From Chrysomallon squamiferum (taxonomy: Eukaryota > Animalia > Mollusca), in the NCBI GenBank assembly GCA_012295275.1, contig CM022675.1, forward strand, positions 4,402,001 to 4,466,000: a stretch of DNA of 64,000 nucleotides. The letters run 5' to 3'. Below, one piece after another: positions 54,595-64,000 of this stretch; the stretch's first letter is position 1, and the number at the start of each line of letters is the position of its first letter. The position numbers were made by a program, and so were the translations under genes. The notes beneath the pieces are model-generated. The model saw only the letters and a program-made list of their open reading frames with translations. It had not been told where the DNA came from and did no database searches.

Positions 54595-57500
54595 ATGGCG
54601 TCGCCGGTGATCTGGTATCTCTTCGCAGCAAATGTCTTCGTGATTTTTGTTCAAGTACTTGGCGGGTATTAACTCAAATTAATTTCGATGAATCGAATTT
54701 TTCTTTAAATATCATTTGTTTGGATGTAGTATATTTTGGGGTTGCTTTTATGTTTGTTACATACATCTTTTCATGTTAACTGAATGCATTCCCTTTTTGA
54801 TGTCGTGGTAATCTGTCATTAGTCAGCATTTTAACTTAATGGTTTTCATAATTTAACTAAAACATTAACAAAATGTACATTTTTAATGTATGTATTTATT
54901 TATTATTTTTAAACTGAAGAAGATTTTGCATTTGTTTAATAAATGCTTATAATTATAATATTTGTTGAAATGTATTGAATGCTACATCATCTAGTAAATA
55001 ATCATAAAACTAGTAGTAGTTATGCTTTAAATTATAATAATTTTATTATAAATGATAAATTAGGTAAATGATAAAATATTTAGTATCACCAGAAGGAATA
55101 CCTTAATAGTCACCCCTAGATAAAGGAAATATGTTGCACAATAAAAGGACCAACAGCATTTTTAATTTTATTATTTACTGCTAATTTGCTATATAATATA
55201 TGTATTTTATTTTTTATTATACAGCACTAAGAAATAGGTATATAACAAAATCATTTTCACAGTTAACTGTGTACATCACCAGATCTAGTGTTATAGTTAA
55301 TCATGTTTAAAATTTCTGGAATAAAAAATCTTTTTTAATAACTTAGCACACATATTTTTCTTCATTGATATAGACTTTTTTTTTTGTACTGTTATAGAAG
55401 TATTTTTAAAAATTCTGATGAAAAATAATTACATGTAATCAGTTTGAAAATAAAAACCTAGTGTCATTTACTTCAAGAAATAGTTCTGTTGTAAGTCAGG
55501 TGTATTTGTGTAAAATGTTATCAAAATCCGACTCTTGCACTATTATTATAGATCTGCCAAAATCATCTGAATTTTCCCATATGGGTCATAAACAATCCAT
55601 TATGACTGTCTGCTTCATGATCAAATACTGCAGTTTGATTGGACGTTTGTTTTATTCTACATCAGTAGATTAAATGTTTACATATTTGTACAAAAATAAT
55701 TACCTGTAACTTTAGGTAACTTAGAATCTGAATTATTCTGAAAATTCACTTTTATTCAGTATTTCTGAACAAAGTTTTCTTTCGTTAGAGAATTAATTTT
55801 GCTTTGAAAAGTGTATTTATCAGTACTCTGGCAATCTGAAAAGTACATATGGTTGAGGACAAGAGATGTGAATTCTTGAAGCCAATCAGTGGGCTTGAAA
55901 TCAGTTTCAGAACTAAATCCTAGTGAAATGAATCAAATTACGTCAGTTTCTGCTTACTTGTAGCATTTTCAATTTAAAACTTCTTTTAATTTGTTTCTTT
56001 TTTTCTTAGCTAATTAATTAGTTATCATTATAATACATTGTGAAATAGTATTGAATATGGGAAATAATTTTTTGAAATAAATTTGCAGACGAGATTTCTA
56101 CCAAATTCTTGGCGTACCCAGATCAGCATCAACAAATCAGATTAAAAATGCATACAGAAAACTGGCAAGAGAGTTACCTCCAGACAAAAACCAAGATGAC
56201 CCAGATGCAGAACAACAGTTTCAAGATCTCGGTGCAGCATATGAGGTATTTCAAACTATCATTATTTCACTGCTTCAGGAAAATCCTACATTCTATTTAT
56301 TTATGTACAAAGTTCTTAAAGTATTGAAATATAATTAATAATTAAAAAAACATTTCTGTAAATCATAATGGTATTTTAAGTAATAATAATAAGAAATTGA
56401 AATGTAGGCCAAAAACAAACTAATATTAAAGTCAAATTCAAATGATTAAAACCTGCGAAATAGCAATGACAAATTACCTCCCTTGAAATTGCTTTGATAA
56501 ACAAAAATACAAGTACTTTTTTAACATCTGGAGCTAGAAATATATATATATATAATTCCTTTGCTATTCATGTATCACTTCATGGTAAGTCCATTAAAAC
56601 ACATACTTAGGTTTTTCCACAAACCATTCCCACTTGGTTAGCAAAAACATGGACCAAAGTTCTTAACATGGACCACAAAGTGTTCTGTGATTTTGCTGTG
56701 ATATCATCAGCATAATCTCTGCCATCTCACTGTTTCCCAGATGACAGAAGAAGGCTTAAAATAAGTATCATCTGGGAAACAGTGAGATGGCAGAAATGAA
56801 GCTGTGTGTATTTCCTCACAGATGGGATGACACAAAATATTGCACACTTTCAAACAAAAACAAACACTGCACTGGAAAGAGGAAATGTTGCTCTTTATGT
56901 GGTACACAATACATGGTGAGCCAGGAAGAGATATCAACTGATTCAAACCTTGCATGCAGCTGCTAACGTTTGTATATAAATGTAACTGATTTTTACACAT
57001 TAGGTTATTATAGAGGGAAAAAAAAAAAAATTATATATATATACCTCGACTTACCAGTGCCCCAACTCATGAGTTTTTGAGTTACGAGCAGTTGCCTGGT
57101 CGAGTTTTGGGTTCTGTTTTGCTGTGTTTGCATTTTGTGCAGCAGTATTTTGCCAAATTTCTTTTTTGTGGTCATGGATCCTAAGAAAGTGATACAGGGT
57201 TGAGAAGAAGAAGCGGATGATGTCCATTGAATTAAAGCTTGAATTCATAGAAAAACATGAGCAAGGTGTGCATGTAGTAAACTTGGCTAGGCAGTACGAG
57301 CGTGCTCCTTCTGTACCGTACTGAAGCAGAAGGAATCAATAAAGGCTGTAATTCCAGCTAAAGGTGTTAAAATAATTCGATCTCCAAGATAAATACACTT
57401 TACAAAATCCAAATTATTTCTTTACATTCTTTTATTTTGTTTTTTATACAATATTTGTCATTTATAAATACATTTTTCTTATTCAAAAACATGTTACAAA

Positions 57501-60500
57501 AAAAAAAAAAATTAATTTCAGTTGGGAAAATTGATTTGATGTACGAGCAAACTGAGATATGAGCCTGGTCATGGAATGAATTAAATTTGTAATTCAAGCT
57601 ACCACTGTATATATATATATGTACATAAGAAAAACACTAACATATAGAAAGGTACCTACTTATTTAATTTAATTTTTTTTTTTTTTTAATTTTTCAAGGT
57701 ATTATCAGACAGTGAGAAAAGAAAGATTTATGATAAACATGGAGAAGAAGGTTTGAAGAAAGGTGACATGTCAGGAGATCCTTTCTCCAGGTAAAAAATC
57801 TTTATTTTAATTACTCAAATTTATTCATCCAACTTTATAGAAATAATAATGGCATCATAATCAGATAAGACTTATTTTTAGAGGTTTTGTTTTACTATAG
57901 AACTGTTTTGGGGAAAACAATTAATTGTGTGTTTATTTCAGTTTCTTTGGTGATTTTGGTTTTAATTTTGGATTTGGTGGCGGGGAGAAGAGTGATGAAG
58001 TTCCCAGAGGAGGAGACATTGTTTTGGATCTTTATGTTACTCTTGAGGAACTCTACATAGGAAATTTTGTTGAGGTGATTTTATAAAATTACTTTGTAAT
58101 GAAAACTTTCTATTTGATTTGGGAAGTTGAGTTCAATTACAGTTAATTTGCTTTTCAGAATTCAAATACAGTCGTAGTACTGTCCTAAAAATCTCAGTTA
58201 CAGTTATAATTGTCAGTCAAAATGTTTTTCAGTGTCCAAAAATGCCAACAGTTTTTGTGGAGTGTCTCTAAAAATTATTAATATTTAAACATTTGAATGA
58301 GTATATTTAAAAAGTATTTTTTTTTTAATGGCATGACAAAATGTTTTTTTTTTATTGTAGTTTTAATGTTATTGTATTTGGTAAACTTATTTTAGTCTCA
58401 AAGTGGAACACAATCAAAAGGACATACTGAGGAGTGATTCTGCTATCTGTTATTTTGAGATAAAGCATGCTTGAGCTATAATTAGTAATATACATTTAAA
58501 ATATAAAAAAAAGGTATATCTATATAAATATTCTATTAGTGTATAATAAAGTCAGTTTGTTCAATCAAGGTTGTTCGTTACAAACCTGTGGCTGTAGCAG
58601 CTAAAGGAACAAGGAAGTGTAACTGTCGTATGGAGATGGTCACTCAGCAGCTTGGTCCAGGCAGGTTTCAGATGATGCAGCAGCAAGTGTGTGATGAATG
58701 TCCTAATGTCAAGTGAGTTGTGAAATGTTTTTTCGTCAATGTTTTTTTTTGGTGGGAGGGGTATTTTGAAACTGGTATTATATAAATGCTGAATAGTTGA
58801 AAATGATTTAAGTTTTCATTTGAAGTAAAGACAGCCTGTACTGTCTCTTTGTTATGATTTATTTCCCCTGAATATTAACGAAACAAACGGCTTCAAGTAA
58901 ATATAGTAAGATATATATTCTACTTGAATTTTGTATAGTCTGGATCTTGGAGCAGACTTTTTACCATATATTATCTCAACAGCTGTGTTATGTTTTATTT
59001 CTCATTAATTAAGACATATAACCTAATTAAAATATTGACTCCTATATTTTCTGTTTTAGATTAGTTCCTGAAGAAAAACTCTTAGAGATAGAAATAGAAG
59101 CTGGCATGAGAGATGGACAAGAATATCCTTTTGTAGCAGAAGGTTTGTTATAATTAATTTGATGTTTAAAAACAGAATATTAACCGGTTTTGGTTTTTCT
59201 TTTTTTTTAAAAGAATTTACTCTACATTAAGAAACATTATTAATGAACAAGTTTGACAAAATTCAGTTTGTTTTATTACCGTGTCTAATAAAACAATCTA
59301 TTTCTTCTAGATCCTTAAATTACAAATTAATTTCCTGTTAAAATTTGTTTCACTGTGTTTATAAAAACAAAAACAAAAAAACATTTAAAATATTAGGTAT
59401 TTTACACTGATCTTATTTTTAGTTTGTTCTTTTACTGAATAATCTTTTTTAACAACTATCACTGAGCTTATCCTGTGAAAACTTAGTATATGAATACAAA
59501 CTGTCTTTTAGTAATTTTTGTTTCTAATATTTACTTCTACAATATACATCTACAGTGTACAAACAAGATACAGCTTTTTTACTATTAGTTCTTTAAACTT
59601 AGATAATTATTTTTGTTCATATGAAATTTCACTTTCCACTTAGTTGCAGTATTGATATAATTTGTTTGATTTATTAGGAGAACCACATATTGATGGAGAA
59701 CCAGGAGATCTGAGGTTTAGAATTAAACAGATAAAGTAAGTTTCTTTGTTGATTAAAGCAAATATTAAATACTTTATTATATTTTCTAATTTAGGTACTG
59801 ATGTAGTGTAAACAAGTATAATAAAAATTGTAAAATATAATTTATATACATTTTTTCAGACACCCTCGTTTTGAAAGACGTGGTGATGATCTTTACATGA
59901 ATGTAACAATACCTTTACAAGATGCACTGACAGGCTTTGAAATGGACATAAAGCATTTAGATGATCATAAGGTACAGATTATTACGATATTTTAAAAACA
60001 ATAATTAAGCTCTGATAAACATTTAATACCGATACAAAGTTCATTAGACTTAATATAGGAAAAGCTTTATTTTAGATTATTCAGTTTCAAGTGTAAATAT
60101 TTTTTTGCCTTGTACGAAATATTTTTAACAATATAGTATTTAATCTTTTACTATGTCAATTTAAATGTAATCTGTGGTTTATTGAGCCTAACTGAAATTT
60201 ACAAAATACCTCAAACTGTTTTTATATATTATAAAAAAAAAAAAAAAAAAAAAAGTAATAAATAACAAATATATTATTTCTAGTACTAACATGGTTTAAA
60301 TTCTGTTGTTTTGATGTAACATTTGATTTCAGTATTTAAATTTTGCATGTTTGATTATCTCTAAATGGTTCCACCAGTGATTAACCCGTTTTTGACTAGG
60401 TTCACATAGTAAGAGATGAGATCACCTGGCCAGATGCTCGAATGAGGAAAAGCAATGAAGGCATGCCCAACTATGAAAATAATAATGTCAGAGGCTCCCT

Positions 60501-61123
60501 TTACATTACATTTGAGATTGACTTTCCTAAAGGCAGCCTTTCAGAAGAAGCTAAAAAAGGTATGTAATTATGTTGTATTAGTATTAGTATTAAGAATAAA
60601 TAGAGTAGATAGTTTTTTTTTTTATATACTTCCAGATATTGATTTGTTATTATTATTATTTCACATATCAGTAAATGTAATAAACAAACTGCATTTAACA
60701 GACACAAATTAATACACTTTAAAGCAGAGTCTTTTGGATTTTAATTAATCCACTTAAAATTCTTGCATTTCTGCTGCTTTGAGATGTGCTAATGAATGAA
60801 AAGCACAGCAAGCTGAAACAGATGATCACTGAGTGGAGAGAGTCAGCTGAACTGGTGTGTGACCAGCAGCACAAACTAAGTCAGTTTTGTCAGAACCACA
60901 TTAATGGTTTGATACAAGTAATGGAAAAGAAAGGAATAAACATGAAAAAAAAATTGCAACCCAACTAAATATGTATATTTTAAATATCAGTAAAGAAACA
61001 TTTTGCATATAAATAAATGTGTTTGTGTGTATGTATATATATATAATTTTAGTTTTTTTGTTTTTTTGTTTAGGTGTGAGAGAAATACTGAAAATGGAAT
61101 CAAAAAGAAATGTATATAATTGA
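54595..61123 (+). CDS. DNAJB11: DNAJB11/ERdj3-like copy 4, intact 352-aa ORF but J-domain HPD->PPD
   Basis: Exons 54595-54665, 56089-56245, 57699-57790, 57942-58074, 58570-58712, 59060-59142, 59678-59735, 59860-59971, 60400-60559 and 61074-61123 total 1059 nt in frame. Contains signal peptide, J-domain, G/F region, CxC..CxxC and C-terminal domains ([34 protein letters not shown]). Confidence 0.9.
57042..57607 (+). mobile_element. Tigger/pogo-type element in DNAJB11 intron 2 (copy 4)
   Basis: Near-identical to 41814-42383. Confidence 0.8.
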
Positions 61124-61358
61124 CGACTTTTTAGTGTTAGTTTTGAGAAATTGTTTTTGTCTTTGAATGTGGTGTGATAGTTGTTTGTATAAAACTGAAT
61201 GTATGTTGGTTGAATGTGGCTATTTTTAATCCTAAAGATGTATTTATATGTGAACATACATGAAGATTTCCCATCACATTTGCAAAAATCACAAAATAAA
61301 ATTATTTGAAAGTTATTTATTTTTATCATATGTAAGTAATATTTTTAAAAAATCTGTT

Positions 61359-61403
<45 letters not shown>

Positions 61404-63484
61404 TGATATAATGACATATGACTTAGCTTATTATATTAATACATAATCCATTATTATATTAAAATTATTTAGAGGATACTTGTGTAACAGTTTGCACAGA
61501 ATGTTGACATTGACTAGAAAACTAGACAATCTAACAGCATTTTAAATAATCTGTTTTAGAAACCAACTTAGGTTTTTCTGTTGATGGATAATAAGAAAAT
61601 GTACTTTATTTATAGTGAAGAAAGTATACCATTTTATTATTATTATTTATTTTATTTCATTTCCACCTTTATACTTGGTTAAAGTAACAGTGATAGACTG
61701 CAATTAACTAGTATTACTGGTAGGAGCATGTTACATCAGTGAAGGCATACAGTGGTATATTAAAAATAAGAAAATACTTCGGTAGGTCTGCACAAATATC
61801 GTTTAAGAAATTTCACTTATGTAAAACTGTTTCTGAAATTCTGTAGTAGTTGTAAATTATGCAAATCACAAGGTTTTATAGGGAAATGCACTTTTAAAAT
61901 TTCGGGTGGAAGAATTTACAATTTGGGATTTTTCATTCACCATAAATATGTACATATATTCATGTATATCTGATCATAACATCATAGCTTTTACAAATAC
62001 AAAACCATTTTGTTTATTTTTTTAAATTTTGTTTAATGCAGTCCCATTTTGATACGTGAGTTAATTTAATTTCTCATATTTTGAATACTTCAAATAAAAT
62101 CAGGTATTGTTCATTGGATCTTAAGCTATATATAAAGAAATAACAAAATGGAAATCAGAGTTTCATAATCTCTAGTACTGCCTAGTACTATTTTTTGTAT
62201 TTCATATACTCACAATGATTTTGTGTTATTTGGAACTAAACAAATATTAAAATTAAAAAAGAGATAATCAGAAATTGTGTTTTTTGTTTTCTTTTGAATG
62301 TTGATCATTTTACAAATGTGTGTGTAAATAAATATTTGGGGTAATTGTTTCCTTACAGATTAATATTTATCTTCTTACAACTGAGTGACAGTGTATATTT
62401 TACACAAAAAGGTGATGTAACTTATGTGGTGGTCTTATTAATACTATCATTCTCAGCATGTACATTTGGATTAAATGAAATATTTTTATGTTGTTTTATG
62501 ACATTTGCATCCATTTATCTCATTATATATTAAAATGATGTAATGTGTTCATAAAAATGTTTTTAGTATCATGCAACTATTTGTGAACAAATTATTAAAA
62601 TAAACTTTGTATAAATTTAAAAGAAAAATTTGTAATGTTTATCATTGAAATTGTTACCTGCTTTGAGGGAAGCTAGCACTGAACTTGTTAAATTAGAAAA
62701 AAATGTGTGTGTGTGTGTTCGATATTGATATAAAAAATCATCGCTCTGTTAAATTTTAACATTGATTTTCTGTACAGCACCTATTATACACCGTGTGAAC
62801 TTTGTTGCATATTTAAAACAAAAAGTGTTTGGGAAATATTGATTACTTTTCGGGTACATTTATTTGCCGTACTCGTAAATTTTGCAATCTCAAAACATTC
62901 CTGACAACGAAATAGCAAGATTTCTAGTCTTTATTTACAAAATAAATAAATAAATACAAACATTTATAAAATGAAATAAAAATAGATAAATAAAACAAAC
63001 ACACACACACACACACACACGTGATCAACAGAACCAGTTTCAAAAATATGTTTAGATCATTAATCAGTTTAGATCATTAATTTTCTCCAGTGTGTTAAAC
63101 TAATATTTATAATAAACATATAACGAATTCACAGAAGAATATATTCGAGTCATTCTAAATTTGCGTTTCTATTTATATGAATTTCAAAATCCTTAACATC
63201 GTAAATGATTCATCTTTGTCAGTGTGTTATACCATATGATAGTATTATTATTATTCTTTTTAATCGTTATGTTCAACTTACATTAAACCCCACTGATATG
63301 AAGTTCTTAAATTAATTAATTATTAATCAAAATATCTGTACTGTCTCATTTTTTTGTTTAAAGAAATAAATCTGTAAACGCCGGTTTTAAAATGATGGGC
63401 GATGTTAAAGATTTCGGTATATTCCGTTTGTCTTCGTTAAATCAGTGTATATTTAGTCGGGCCGGAAACCGGAAGTTTATTAAA

Positions 63485-63555
63485 ATGGCGTCGCCGGTGA
63501 TCTGGTATCTCTTCGCAGCAAATGTCTTCGTGATTTTTGTTCAAGTACTTGGCGG
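63485..63555 (+). CDS. DNAJB11: DNAJB11-like copy 5, exon 1 (gene continues beyond window)
   Basis: Matches exon 1 at 39366, 48274 and 54595, followed by the same intron 1. Confidence 0.85.
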
Positions 63556-64000
63556 GTATTAACTCAAATTAATTTCGATGAATCGAATTTTTCTTTAAAT
63601 ATCATTTGTTTGGATGTAGTATATTTTGGGGTTGCTTTTATGTTTGTTACATACATCTTTTCATGTTAACTGAATGCATTCCCTCTTTTGATGTCGTGGT
63701 AATCTGTCATTAGTCAGCATTTTAACTTAATGGTTTTCATAATTTAACTAAAACATTAACAAAATGTACATTTTTAATGTATGTATTTATTTATTATTTT
63801 TTAAACTGAAGAAGATTTTGCATTTGTTTAATAAATGCTTATAATTATAATATTTGTTGAAATGTATTGAATGCTACATCATCTAGTAAATAATCATAAA
63901 ACTAGTAGTAGTTATGCTTTAAATTATAATAATTTTATTATAAATGATAAATTAGGTAAATGATAAAATATTTAGTATCACCAGAAGGAATACCTTAATA

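Larger units (their letters stand above)
33391..64000 (+). repeat. Tandem segmental duplication of the DNAJB11 locus (unit about 8.9 kb; 6.3 kb for the deleted copy)
   Basis: Exon-1 starts at 39366, 48274, 54595 and 63485; introns, 3' region and spacer are near-identical between units. Confidence 0.95.

Overview
AT-rich, microsatellite-rich eukaryotic (animal) genomic DNA with spliceosomal GT-AG introns; the protein and repeat families suggest a mollusc or other lophotrochozoan (inference only). There is one 200-N gap at 13618-13817. Left half (1-33.4 kb): a cluster of paralogous 10-exon type-I membrane receptor genes. Their architecture is signal peptide, a C-type-lectin-like domain (CTLD) with a WSC-like domain inserted in its middle, a second degenerate CTLD, an S/T-rich stalk, a TM helix and a tyrosine-motif-rich tail. 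The cluster holds a truncated exon-2 fragment, copy A (+), copy B (exons 1-3, +, ending at the gap), copy D (exons 4-10, -) and copy C (+). Right half (33.5-64 kb): a head-to-tail array of near-identical DNAJB11/ERdj3-like genes, four copies plus the start of a fifth. Both copies that retain the J-domain exon carry HPD->PPD, and the other two lack that exon. The two arrays meet inside a chimeric Tigger/pogo-type element, which suggests a transposon-mediated rearrangement. Also present: nested MITEs, SINE-like fragments, 29-bp and 48-bp minisatellites and a perfect 27-bp intronic hairpin. All exon calls are manual (frame, GT-AG and paralog comparison); no database searches were run.
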